Virus record (IMG/VR): IMGVR_UViG_3300028586_000737
Coordinates: 1-42,686 of that record
DNA length: 42,686 bases
Source: a virus
Lineage: Duplodnaviria; Caudoviricetes
Direction: 5' to 3' (one strand)
Position numbers and translations under genes: made by a program. Below the pieces are notes generated by a model that had not been told where the DNA came from, searched no databases, and saw only the letters and a list, made by a program, of their open reading frames with translations. Shown one piece after another: positions 18,229 to 26,641 of this stretch (its first letter is position 1; each line of letters starts with the position of its first letter).

Positions 18229-19910
18229 TAGAGCCCTGCCATTATTGGATCATCAAAGAAATCGTCGACGTTTCCCCGCGCGACGGGGTTAAGCGACAAC
18301 AGGGCCACGGCGTTGAAGAACGCCATTAGCGGGTCTATCTTCGCCGTGCCAGAAGCCTGTTTCGTGATCAGGATCGAGTTACCGGCCGGCACCACCTTCG
18401 CGTTACCACAACACCAGGACATCATTGGCTGACCGCCGTGGACCATCCCGCCTTCTGCCAGCTTTCGTTCGGCAGTTTTGATTGAACCGCCCAGCTTCCA
18501 GCCCTGCGAAATACCAATCACCTTGTCCTGCGGAATCTCCGCCTCGATTAGGCCGTCGAGGATGCCGCCGACGCCCGCCGGGTCGACGCCAATCATGTCG
18601 AGCTTCCCGGATGCGTAGATTTCGGCTACCAGCTCGGCGACCTCGGCAACGTCCTTGCCGATGTACTCGACAAGCGTCAGGTTGCCGTCTTTGGCAAAGT
18701 CATGGAGGCGCGAAGCCTCACTCTTGCGGCGTGTCAGCACCGAGGGATGGGCCCATGCATGTGTCCACAGCACCCAATTGCGGGATTCCGTCTCACGGCC
18801 CAGCACTGCAAAACCCAGCAGGTCGTCAAGGCCGCCGCCGTCGATCCCGACGTCAATAACTTCGCAACGGGCAATCAGCTGGGCGAGTGTCAAGTTCTTT
18901 GCCTTCGCCTGCGCCTGCCAAAACTCGGCGCCCGCCCACCGGTTGGCCCGCAGGTTCATGCCAATCTCGACGTTCAGGTGCTTGGCGAAGAACTTGCGCT
19001 GAGCGCCTGGCTCTTTCTTCGCTTCCTTGACCATTTGGTCTTCCAGCCACTCACGGCTGACCGACCGCCCCATGTTTGGGTTGGTGATGTAGAAGTTTTC
19101 GGGCTTGAGGTAGTCCTCTGCCTCAATCATCGCCACCGGAAACTCATAGAGCACACCCAGCGACTTCTTGTCCTGGATCTTGCCGTCACGCACATCCCGG
19201 TAGTAGTCGAGCTTTTCCTTGAACACTCCAGCCGGCGGTTCATCACTCTGGGTAGAGAGGAAAATCACAAACCCTTCGTCGCGCGAGATCTGACCGCCGG
19301 TAGCCTCCATGAGCATGGCATCGGCGTTAGGCCGCTTGCCGAACACCCAGAGCTCGTCGATCAGGATTTTCCCGGACTTTTTGCCGGAGACCGTATCGGA
19401 GTCTGCGGCGACTACTTTTAACGCGGCCTTTGTCGTCAGATGCGTGATAGTCCGGATGTGATCCTGTACGTGCAGCATCTTTTCAAGCGTTGGATTAGCC
19501 CGGACCATTGCCGCTGCGGGCTTGTAGCTGTTCTGTGCGACCTCAATCGTCGGCGCCAGGATCAGCAACTCTTCGTTATCACGCCAGTTGCGCACCAGTG
19601 CGGTGACCATGATCCCGGCCGCGATCGTTGATTTGGCGTTCTTCTTGCTGATGAGTAGGAAGTACTCCCGGATCTTCTGCTTGCCGGTCTCGGCGTCGTA
19701 GGCTCCGAAGATGGCAGCCACGAAATCGAATACCCACTGTTCGCAGCATTGGCCGAAGGTGGGCTGGCCAGGCACGTCCACTACCTTGAGCGACTTGAAC
19801 AGCTCAAGCGCGGCGTCGGCCTCCGATCGAAAAAGCGGCGGAAATGGAATCAGCGATTGGCGCGACAGTATTCGGCGCTCCCAGTCCGGGCACGCAGTCG
19901 TCCATTCCAT
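18228..19910 (-). CDS. terL: Terminase large subunit
   Basis: Walker A variant SKKNAKST, ILIDELW Walker B, GIDGGGLDDL and KIDP nuclease motifs. Confidence 0.95.
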   Translation of the reverse strand: MEWTTACPDWERRILSRQSLIPFPPLFRSEADAALELFKSLKVVDVPGQPTFGQCCEQWVFDFVAAIFGAYDAETGKQKIREYFLLISKKNAKSTIAAGIMVTALVRNWRDNEELLILAPTIEVAQNSYKPAAAMVRANPTLEKMLHVQDHIRTITHLTTKAALKVVAADSDTVSGKKSGKILIDELWVFGKRPNADAMLMEATGGQISRDEGFVIFLSTQSDEPPAGVFKEKLDYYRDVRDGKIQDKKSLGVLYEFPVAMIEAEDYLKPENFYITNPNMGRSVSREWLEDQMVKEAKKEPGAQRKFFAKHLNVEIGMNLRANRWAGAEFWQAQAKAKNLTLAQLIARCEVIDVGIDGGGLDDLLGFAVLGRETESRNWVLWTHAWAHPSVLTRRKSEASRLHDFAKDGNLTLVEYIGKDVAEVAELVAEIYASGKLDMIGVDPAGVGGILDGLIEAEIPQDKVIGISQGWKLGGSIKTAERKLAEGGMVHGGQPMMSWCCGNAKVVPAGNSILITKQASGTAKIDPLMAFFNAVALLSLNPVARGNVDDFFDDPIMAGL

Positions 19911-20396
19911 CTACTTCACCGACCGGAGTGGCGGCTTGCTCGTCCCGTACATCCCGGCAGCTGCCTGTTCGGCGGCGTTCTGCTTGTCCTCTTTTTTGCC
20001 TGTCTCACCTTTACGCTGGTGCATGAACGGCATCAGGGCTTTTGCGGCATCGACCCTGAGCTTTGCCTCTGCTTCCGGGTCGTTCATTGCCGCAATCAGG
20101 AAAGCTTTCGGATCTGTGAAGGTCAGCGCGCGAGCCAGGTCAAAAGACGGGCCGTCCTGCTCACCGTCAGCACCATGCTCAACTGCTTTGGGTTCATTGA
20201 CCGACGGTTGAGCTTTAACTTTTTTGTTAACGGGCAACTTGGCCAGCTCTGCTAACACATGCGGATCTTTCGCGAGCCTAGAACCGGCCGCCGATGCGCT
20301 GGAAGCGCTGTAGCCAGCGGCTATCGCTGCATCTTTGTTGGACGCACCTCCCCTCAAAGCGTCGGCGAACGCGCGCTTTTTGGGTGTTAAAGCCAT
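19911..20396 (-). CDS. terS: Terminase small subunit
   Basis: LTPKKRAFA...AAIAAGYS..SA...GSRL HTH; immediately upstream of terL. Confidence 0.88.
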   Translation of the reverse strand: MALTPKKRAFADALRGGASNKDAAIAAGYSASSASAAGSRLAKDPHVLAELAKLPVNKKVKAQPSVNEPKAVEHGADGEQDGPSFDLARALTFTDPKAFLIAAMNDPEAEAKLRVDAAKALMPFMHQRKGETGKKEDKQNAAEQAAAGMYGTSKPPLRSVK

Positions 20397-20552
20397 TAAC
20401 AAAAATCCTGAAAAGGGGAAAAAAACTACGAATGCGGGCCCAGGTGGTCTAGAGCGCCAAGGCTCCGGACTTTCGAGGCACCCCTGCTCTTGTCGCACGC
20501 CAGTGGCGTGCTGCACTGCTATGGTGCGCACCCGCTCCGGGGAGTTGGCGTG

Positions 20553-20888
20553 CTACAGACCGGCAGCCTCCTCGCGCTGCTTCACGGACGAGTGACAGGT
20601 GGTGCACAGCGGCTGCCAGTTGGTTCGATCCCAGAACAGAGCCATGTCGCCGCGGTGCGGTTCGATGTGGTCAACCAGCGCAGTCGCTGTCACTCGACCC
20701 ACTGCATCACACATCACGCACAGCGGGTTATCGAGGATGAAGGCCTTGCTCGCCTTCTGCCATGCGTAGGTGTAGCCGCGCTGGCCTGATGTGGCTTTGT
20801 CAGTGCGCCAGGAGCCAGGCTGCATGATCGGCAGCTTGTTGCCCTGCGTGCTCACCCGATTGTCCAACGACTTAAGCCGAGACATCAC
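20553..20888 (-). CDS. HNH endonuclease (HK97 gp74-like terminase cofactor)
   Basis: RGY, PLCVMC, VDHIEPHRGD, FWD..NWQPLC..CH. Confidence 0.92.
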   Translation of the reverse strand: MMSRLKSLDNRVSTQGNKLPIMQPGSWRTDKATSGQRGYTYAWQKASKAFILDNPLCVMCDAVGRVTATALVDHIEPHRGDMALFWDRTNWQPLCTTCHSSVKQREEAAGL

Positions 20889-21103
20889 TCACCTTCCAGC
20901 CGAACCATCTGCCCATCTACCGCGAACTCAACTCGCAGCACTGCAAACGATTCCGGCTCCTGGATCAACTCAACTCGAAGCTGCCCGCCGAGCACCTCGC
21001 CACTGAACGCGTCATGCACGCAGACATGCACGCCGTTCTTCTTGATGATCAAAGGGCGTGACGACAGCAGATAGCTGAGTCGGGATTGATCAGAGCGTTT
21101 CAT
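20885..21103 (-). CDS. Hypothetical protein
   Basis: 72-aa ORF overlapping the HNH start. Confidence 0.65.
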   Translation of the reverse strand: MKRSDQSRLSYLLSSRPLIIKKNGVHVCVHDAFSGEVLGGQLRVELIQEPESFAVLRVEFAVDGQMVRLEGE

Positions 21104-21109
21104 CAGCAG

Positions 21110-21238
21110 CTACTCAACAGTGCAGGCCGGCCACTTGCATCGCGCAACTGCCAGCGCGCCTGCATGGTCGTGGTCTTCCGGCATGATCATGGGGAATGGT
21201 GGGTAGCCCGGCACTATGACGTACCAGGACTTCTTCAT
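21110..21238 (-). CDS. Hypothetical 42-aa protein (MKKSWYVIVPGYPPFPM...)
   Basis: ATGA overlap with the o-spanin stop; fills the gap. Confidence 0.55.
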   Translation of the reverse strand: MKKSWYVIVPGYPPFPMIMPEDHDHAGALAVARCKWPACTVE

Positions 21239-21501
21239 TTGCTCTGGCTGCGCATGATCTGCGCGTCGACCTGATCGGCGCACGTATCGAGCAGCTTGAT
21301 GGCCTGATTCTTGAGTTCCCAGAGCTGCCCGTTGTCGGCAAGATCTTCGTCCTCAACCCGTTCACAAGGCACAAGCGCTGGCGCTTCAATTCTGAGAGCG
21401 CTGACCTTTGTCACTACCGGCGGCTTTGCCGCGCAGGCCGTCAGGCAAAGGCTGAGCAGCCCAATCGCGAACAGGCTTGCTGTTTCGTTTGAGAGTTTCA
21501 A
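21235..21501 (-). CDS. o-spanin (Rz1-like lipoprotein); start codon uncertain
   Basis: LLSLCLTAC lipobox, PALVPC and L..C..QVDA; overlaps the i-spanin 3' end. Confidence 0.78.
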   Translation of the reverse strand: MKLSNETASLFAIGLLSLCLTACAAKPPVVTKVSALRIEAPALVPCERVEDEDLADNGQLWELKNQAIKLLDTCADQVDAQIMRSQSK

Positions 21502-21763
21502 AGTCTTTCCTCGCCTGTTTGGCTTTGTCTTCGCTGACCTTGATGCGCTTGGCCAGGTCCGCTGTGTATGCAGCGTTGCGCTTGGCTTCAGCCTGCAGCG
21601 TGGTGATAGTGGCCTGGCTCTCGGTGTTGGCAGCAATGGCGGCGTCCTTGCTCTTGGTCTCGACCGTGAGTGCGCCTTGCAGCCCGACGAATCGGTACTG
21701 CTGGAAGCCGATCAGCAGTAAGGCGACAAGGCCAACGATGAATGCAACTGCAAAAGCCTTCAT
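21386..21763 (-). CDS. i-spanin (Rz/LysB-like)
   Basis: N-terminal TM helix, coiled coil, VRDWAAQPLPD. Confidence 0.85.
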   Translation of the reverse strand: MKAFAVAFIVGLVALLLIGFQQYRFVGLQGALTVETKSKDAAIAANTESQATITTLQAEAKRNAAYTADLAKRIKVSEDKAKQARKDFETLKRNSKPVRDWAAQPLPDGLRGKAAGSDKGQRSQN

Positions 21764-22083
21764 GCCGCGTCCACCTTTCGCCCGATGAAGCGCGTCACCA
21801 GTTCGCGAATGGCGGTAACGCCGAGGAATCCAATACTGCCGCCGGCTGCCACTGACAGACTCGGCGGCCACTCCATCCACTCGATGACGCTCGAAGCAAC
21901 GAGGCTGAGCGCACCGCAGATAAGGGCTTCAAGAATGATCCGGCTCTTGCTGGTCTCTTTCGCGTCGTACAGCACGCGAAGGAACGAGATAAGGACCGCC
22001 ATGATTGCGCCCTGCCACAGTGGATTCGAAAGGGCGACCCAGAGCGCAGCCCATGTATCTGGCTTTTCAGGCATGTTCGGCAT
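21760..22083 (-). CDS. Holin, lambda family
   Basis: Three hydrophobic segments, LEALICG, GG.IGFLGV..IR, basic C-terminus. Confidence 0.9.
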   Translation of the reverse strand: MPNMPEKPDTWAALWVALSNPLWQGAIMAVLISFLRVLYDAKETSKSRIILEALICGALSLVASSVIEWMEWPPSLSVAAGGSIGFLGVTAIRELVTRFIGRKVDAA

Positions 22084-22167
22084 CCGGTGTCCTCCCTTTC
22101 TGGGAGTGAATTAGATCGGCCCACACAGCACTCCCAGCTTGGAGCAATGGGTGTGGTAGAGCCGAAA

Positions 22168-22197
22168 ACGAAAAAGCCCCGGCAAATGCCGAGGCTC
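22168..22197 (-). terminator. Intrinsic terminator in the late leader upstream of holin
   Basis: AGCCTCGGCATTTGCCGGGGCT plus T-tract on minus strand. Confidence 0.7.
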
Positions 22198-22389
22198 GAA
22201 ATGATTGTGCGTGTCTTCCCACGCTGCCCGCCGGTGCTACCCCAGTGAGTAACGGAGAGAGGGCACACTGGCTGCCGGTGTTCTTTCGTACCGCTTGACG
22301 ACCGGCTATACCGCTTTCAGGCCTACCCGAAGGTCCATCCTGACTATGGTCACTAACAAATAAAATAGCCCTAGACACACCTTTTTACG

Positions 22390-22418
22390 TTGACAATACA
22401 TAACCCTAGAGTTATAAT
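22390..22418 (+). promoter_or_regulatory. Consensus sigma70 promoter for hicAB with overlapping palindromic operator
   Basis: TTGACA-17 bp-TATAAT; near-palindrome ATAACCCTAGAGTTAT at 22400-22415. Confidence 0.85.
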
Positions 22419-22447
22419 TACCACATCAACTACACAAGGAGACGGAG

Positions 22448-22630
22448 GTGCAAAGCAGGAAGTTGATTAAGGAGCTTGAAGCAGATGGATGGGTTCTAGA
22501 ACGCAGCACAGGAAGCCACCATATGTTCAAACATCCAACCAAACCCCAAACGGTTCCAGTGCCACACCCTAAGAAGGACCTACCACTTGGAACAGTAAGG
22601 GCAATCAAGAAACTAGCCGGGTTGATGTAA
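22448..22630 (+). CDS. hicA: HicA toxin (type II TA, mRNA interferase)
   Basis: LEADGW, GSHH.FKHP, VPHPKKDL..GT...I.K.AGL. Confidence 0.93.
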   Translation: MQSRKLIKELEADGWVLERSTGSHHMFKHPTKPQTVPVPHPKKDLPLGTVRAIKKLAGLM

Positions 22631-22667
22631 CCCGGCTTCACCCTTTGCACCTTCGCAGGAGACGTAA

Positions 22668-23072
22668 ATGAAATATCCAATGTGCATCGAATGGGGCGAC
22701 GAGAACACCGCCTACGGCATTCAGATCCCAGACATTCCCGGCGCAATCACTGCTGGCGATACCTTCGAAGAGGCTCATGCCGCGGCGGTCGAGATTGCAC
22801 ACATCATGCTGCAGGAGATTGCAGCAGACGGCGGGGATATTCCCAAGCCGACGCCAGTCGCTGGACACGCCAAAAATCCCGAATTCGCGGGTATGGGCTG
22901 GGGCATGCTGGAAATCGATGTCACGCCATATCTGGGCAAGACTGAAAAGGTAAACGTCACTCTGCCAGGCTTCGTGATCCAGCAGATCGACCGGTACGTT
23001 CGGGACCACAGTATAAAAAGTCGTTCGACGTTCTTGGCTGATGCAGCTCTTGAAAAGCTGGGTCGCGCCTAA
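22668..23072 (+). CDS. hicB: HicB antitoxin
   Basis: PDIPGAITAGDT.EEA; C-terminal RHH KVNVTLP...IDRY...SRS.FL. Confidence 0.93.
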   Translation: MKYPMCIEWGDENTAYGIQIPDIPGAITAGDTFEEAHAAAVEIAHIMLQEIAADGGDIPKPTPVAGHAKNPEFAGMGWGMLEIDVTPYLGKTEKVNVTLPGFVIQQIDRYVRDHSIKSRSTFLADAALEKLGRA

Positions 23073-23091
23073 CCCAACGGCCATAACCCGC

Positions 23092-23130
23092 AAAAAGCAA
23101 AAAGCCCGGCTCAATGACCGGGCTTCTTCT
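23092..23130. terminator. Bidirectional terminator (hicAB end / tR'-like for the late promoter)
   Basis: AGCCCGG...CCGGGCT stem with A-run on the left and TTCTT on the right. Confidence 0.75.
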
Positions 23131-23167
23131 ATCAGGGTGCCGCGCTGGTACAGCTGAACACCGTTGC

Positions 23168-23196
23168 ATGAAAACAGAGCTATTCCATATGGACAA
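23168..23196 (-). promoter_or_regulatory. Candidate late promoter pR'
   Basis: TTGTCC-17 bp-TTTCAT just downstream of Q, followed closely by a terminator as in lambda. Confidence 0.5.
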
Positions 23197-23203
23197 CTGT
23201 TTT

Positions 23204-23587
23204 TTACGCGGCCTCTTTCACTGCCTCCAGAGCACAATCCACCCAAGCAACACCAGCCTTGATCAGCTCGCGTGCCTTCATCTCGCTGAAGCCGTATTGA
23301 CGACCCACACGAATCGCGGGCCACTTCGCGCCGAAGTACAACCAGACCATGTCGCCCATCTGTGCATCGCGTCGGCAAAGCTTGGCCACAGCTGCATCAA
23401 CCAGCCCTGCAAGTTCATCAGTGATCACATATGCCTTCGTGGTCGATGGCATCACATCACGCATGATTGCCAGCGATGGCGAGGTGTAGCCCGGCACGCC
23501 CATGCCATCCATTCGCCAGAAGCCCCACTGCTCGAGCATGTTTTCGGTATCCCCAAGAGGACGGTGCAGCGGTTTGCGAATCATCAT
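23204..23587 (-). CDS. Antitermination protein Q
   Basis: LEQWG.W, I.D..A..VD.AVAKL, AGVAWVD; position before late genes. Confidence 0.85.
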   Translation of the reverse strand: MMIRKPLHRPLGDTENMLEQWGFWRMDGMGVPGYTSPSLAIMRDVMPSTTKAYVITDELAGLVDAAVAKLCRRDAQMGDMVWLYFGAKWPAIRVGRQYGFSEMKARELIKAGVAWVDCALEAVKEAA

Positions 23588-23589
23588 AA

Positions 23590-23916
23590 TCAGTCCCCTG
23601 TGTAATGCGTTCCGCCTGCACCCAGGCGGTTGTTCTGTTCGTAATGCTTGGCAGTGGCAGCGTCGACTGTCTGGTTCACGTTGACGAACTGCTCCAGCTG
23701 CTGCGTGGCTTTGCGAAGGTTGAAGCTCAGTTGCGTGACCAGCTGCTGCTGATCGAGCGCTTCACCATTGTCCTGCCGTACCCAGCCAGACGCATTGCAG
23801 GCAACGCAGTCCAGCTCATGAAAAACACCTTTGACGACGGCACGGCCACGGCACATAGCGCAGGTTTTCAGCGGGATCATTCGGCGGCGAAGATCAGGCC
23901 CATGGCTCTTTTTCAT
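23590..23916 (-). CDS. Hypothetical Zn-finger protein
   Basis: CAMCRG and CVACNASG motifs. Confidence 0.7.
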   Translation of the reverse strand: MKKSHGPDLRRRMIPLKTCAMCRGRAVVKGVFHELDCVACNASGWVRQDNGEALDQQQLVTQLSFNLRKATQQLEQFVNVNQTVDAATAKHYEQNNRLGAGGTHYTGD

Positions 23917-25199
23917 GCTTTTGAAACCTCGCCTATGGTTGATTCTTGAATAGGGTCGCAGCCCTTATTTTCCGTGGCCTGTAGCCCGTTACCAAAACCG
24001 CCCGTTCTAAAGCCGGTCAATGTTTGAATCTGGTTCAGGCCCTTTGAATCTAGATGCGCGTGCCACTTCTCAAGGGCGTCACGCTTGCGGCTAATCACGT
24101 CCGACTGGATATAAACCTTCACGTTGTGACCCATGGCGTGGTTGATCAGCAGTTCACCGATCAGATGGTCGATGCCGATATCTGCCCAGCCCGTGCGCGC
24201 GACCTTGCGCAGATCGTGGCTGGTCCACTCGCCCTGCCCCAGCCTTGCGAACACGGCGCTGGCCTGACCTTCACTGAGCGCCTTGCCACTGCGAGACGGA
24301 AAAAGAAACTGACCTTTATAGCCGCTGGACCACTGGATATCCCGGTAGCTGATCAGCAAAGTGCGTACCTGATCTGTCAGCGGCAGGTGATGCTCGACGC
24401 CGGTTTTCGTGTGCTCGGCAGGGATGAACCATTCACGCTCTGCTAGGCTGATGTGCGACCAGCGCGCTTGCCGCGTCTCGCCGATGCGGGTGCCATGGCA
24501 GAGCATCATCAGCGCCAGTAGGCCGTCCGCCGGTTCTTCCTTGAGCACGGTCAGCAGACGCGCTATCACATCCTGCAACTGGGTGCCGCGCAGCCGGGAT
24601 GGCTTGATGCCGACCTTGGCTTTCGAGAAGTCGCTGAACTTGATGTCCTTCATCGGGTTGACCGCGATCAACCGGAGCTTGAACGCCTGACGGAACGCCA
24701 AGGCGAGCAACTGAAATGCCGATCGCACGTAATCAATGCCGATGGTTTCCTGCGCTGGCCACATGAACTGATCATCAAGACTGGCTTTGTCGATACCAGT
24801 CAGCGGTAAGTCACCCAGGCGCGGCTTGAGGTGGCATTTGATCAGCGACGCACCGGTCTTCTTGCGCTTCTCGGACAGGCTGCGGTCGCGGGACATACGG
24901 TCTGCATACCAGTCCAGAAGCTCACCGGTCGTGACCCACTTTGAGAGGTTCGAACCGGCGCCGGCATCGAGCCGCAGCCGAATAGCAGGCAGCGCAGCGA
25001 CGACCTGTTTCGCGGTCAGATCAGGGAAGCTGCCGACAAGGTTCCATTTCCCCTTGCTGACTAAGTACCACGACGCCCGGGAACGGTCCCGAGTAAAGCG
25101 CAGGTACAGGCCTCGGTTTTCCACGTCGCGCAGGTCACGCTCGGTACCAGCGGCCTGCCGTTTGATTTCAGCATCGGTGATCCGTACGGCGGCCGTCAT
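23913..25199 (-). CDS. Second tyrosine recombinase/integrase-family protein in the nin-like region
   Basis: GLYLR arm-binding motif; catalytic R (GTRIGE), K (TKTG), HDLR, NH, Y (KVY). Confidence 0.9.
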   Translation of the reverse strand: MTAAVRITDAEIKRQAAGTERDLRDVENRGLYLRFTRDRSRASWYLVSKGKWNLVGSFPDLTAKQVVAALPAIRLRLDAGAGSNLSKWVTTGELLDWYADRMSRDRSLSEKRKKTGASLIKCHLKPRLGDLPLTGIDKASLDDQFMWPAQETIGIDYVRSAFQLLALAFRQAFKLRLIAVNPMKDIKFSDFSKAKVGIKPSRLRGTQLQDVIARLLTVLKEEPADGLLALMMLCHGTRIGETRQARWSHISLAEREWFIPAEHTKTGVEHHLPLTDQVRTLLISYRDIQWSSGYKGQFLFPSRSGKALSEGQASAVFARLGQGEWTSHDLRKVARTGWADIGIDHLIGELLINHAMGHNVKVYIQSDVISRKRDALEKWHAHLDSKGLNQIQTLTGFRTGGFGNGLQATENKGCDPIQESTIGEVSKA

Positions 25200-25564
25200 G
25201 CTGACACCTCAAGGTAATCAGTGATCCGAACTCTGACGGCTCCGCCCTTGATGGTTTCGGCACTGATCTGCAGCTGAGTGACGAACCTGCTGTCGTCAAT
25301 GCCCAGCGCCTGCGCCACACCGTCACGACCAGACTTGAACGCGGCGATGCAATTGTCATCGTCACGACGGCGTCGGTCTGGCGGTATGAACTCGAGCGAA
25401 AGCAGCGCGCGACCGGCGGGCACCGGCAATGCAGCCTGAAGGCAAAGCAGGTAACAGGTGTTGCGGTACGCCTTAGCGGCCCGGCTTTTTGTTGCCCAGT
25501 GCGTCCGCGCATTGGGGCTCAACACCTTTGGTGGCCAGGGCAACATCAGATCGATCATGCTCAT
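25196..25564 (-). CDS. rusA: RusA-like Holliday junction resolvase
   Basis: LPWPP..LSPN, PPDRRRRDDDN, K..RDG.A..LGIDD. Confidence 0.82.
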   Translation of the reverse strand: MSMIDLMLPWPPKVLSPNARTHWATKSRAAKAYRNTCYLLCLQAALPVPAGRALLSLEFIPPDRRRRDDDNCIAAFKSGRDGVAQALGIDDSRFVTQLQISAETIKGGAVRVRITDYLEVSA

Positions 25565-25776
25565 ACCGGCTGCCCTGTGACCACATCAACGACTTCGAAA
25601 GTGTTCGGCCACATCCAAGCGCCGTAGCGCTTGGCCATGGCGGCATCAACGAACAACGCCAATGCATGGTCAGGTGTCGAGCCCAAGTCAACTTTGAACG
25701 AGCAGCAGAACACCGCGAAGCGGTAGGTATCGATCTCGGGTATGGCCAGGCGCCGATGATCCGCCGGAGTGCTCAC
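25561..25776 (-). CDS. Hypothetical protein
   Basis: GTGA/ATGA-coupled ORF in the operon. Confidence 0.65.
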   Translation of the reverse strand: MSTPADHRRLAIPEIDTYRFAVFCCSFKVDLGSTPDHALALFVDAAMAKRYGAWMWPNTFEVVDVVTGQPV

Positions 25777-25964
25777 TTGCACAGCTCCAGTGCCTGCGCC
25801 TCATTGAATCCCTGTCGGAGCAGTGCGAGGTATTTCGTGCGCTTGATTTCCGCGTCGATAGCCCAAAACTCGAGAATCACAGGCAGATTGCGCTTGTACT
25901 CTTCAATCTGTGCGCGCTGCTTGTCAGGCGTGCCGGTTAGCACTGTCAGATTGTCTTTGCTCAC
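25773..25964 (-). CDS. Hypothetical protein
   Basis: GTG start with GGAGG RBS, overlapping the P stop; KY.AL...GF.EAQALELCK. Confidence 0.65.
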   Translation of the reverse strand: MSKDNLTVLTGTPDKQRAQIEEYKRNLPVILEFWAIDAEIKRTKYLALLRQGFNEAQALELCK

Positions 25965-26641
25965 TTGGAACCTCCAGCGCGACTGACGCGCAACTCTTTC
26001 AATGCGCTGTTGCCGACTTCCGGCGCGCTTTTCGATGACGACGCCGCAATCTCGGCGAATGGGATAGGGCCAAGGTCTTCGCCACGCCATACGCGGCAAG
26101 CCTGAACCTGATAGCGTTTTCCGAAGCTGGCCAGCCCCAGTTCGCGACTGAGCAGCGGAAGACTGTGGAAGCCCGCAGCGGCCGTCGCGTGGTATACGGC
26201 GGGGTGAAACCATTTCTCACGACCACGCATTGCCGGGTGGCAGTTGCGCATGGCCTGCTCGTAAGCTGCCTCAACGCCCGGCAGGCCAACCATTTCAGGC
26301 GTCGGCATGCACATGCCGATGAACTTGCCGGGGCTCGGGATGAAATCGGTCTCCTCTGCGCGGCAGCGGGCCAAGCCCATATCGATCTGCTCTTGCGTGC
26401 ACACGCCGCCTTCGAAAAAAGCGCGGACCCAAACCGCCTTGGCAGCCTGATAGGCCGCTTTGTCGGGCCAGGCCTGCCGCCAGGCTGTACGAATGGTGCG
26501 CAGCTCCCTGAACAGTTCGTTGATGATTTTTCCGACCACTTCGGATTGATCCTGCTGGGCCAGCTCGTCCGCTTCATGGGCCAAAAGACCGGACCGCACA
26601 ACGGATAACGCCGACTGGGTAATGCTCGATACAGTCTTCAT
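25961..26641 (-). CDS. Replication protein P-like (helicase loader)
   Basis: LFREL, AWRQAWP, AK..W..AF.E, F.PSPGKFI, W.HPAVYHA. Confidence 0.85.
   Translation of the reverse strand: MKTVSSITQSALSVVRSGLLAHEADELAQQDQSEVVGKIINELFRELRTIRTAWRQAWPDKAAYQAAKAVWVRAFFEGGVCTQEQIDMGLARCRAEETDFIPSPGKFIGMCMPTPEMVGLPGVEAAYEQAMRNCHPAMRGREKWFHPAVYHATAAAGFHSLPLLSRELGLASFGKRYQVQACRVWRGEDLGPIPFAEIAASSSKSAPEVGNSALKELRVSRAGGSK

Noticed and set aside
22072-22083. Holin dual-start (M-P-N-M) antiholin motif
   Set aside because: No positively charged residue between the two Met codons, unlike lambda S107; cannot be supported
22280-22325. Hammerhead-like CTGA...CGAAA on the minus strand
   Set aside because: Core reads CUGAAAG rather than CUGANGA, and the required stems could not be built
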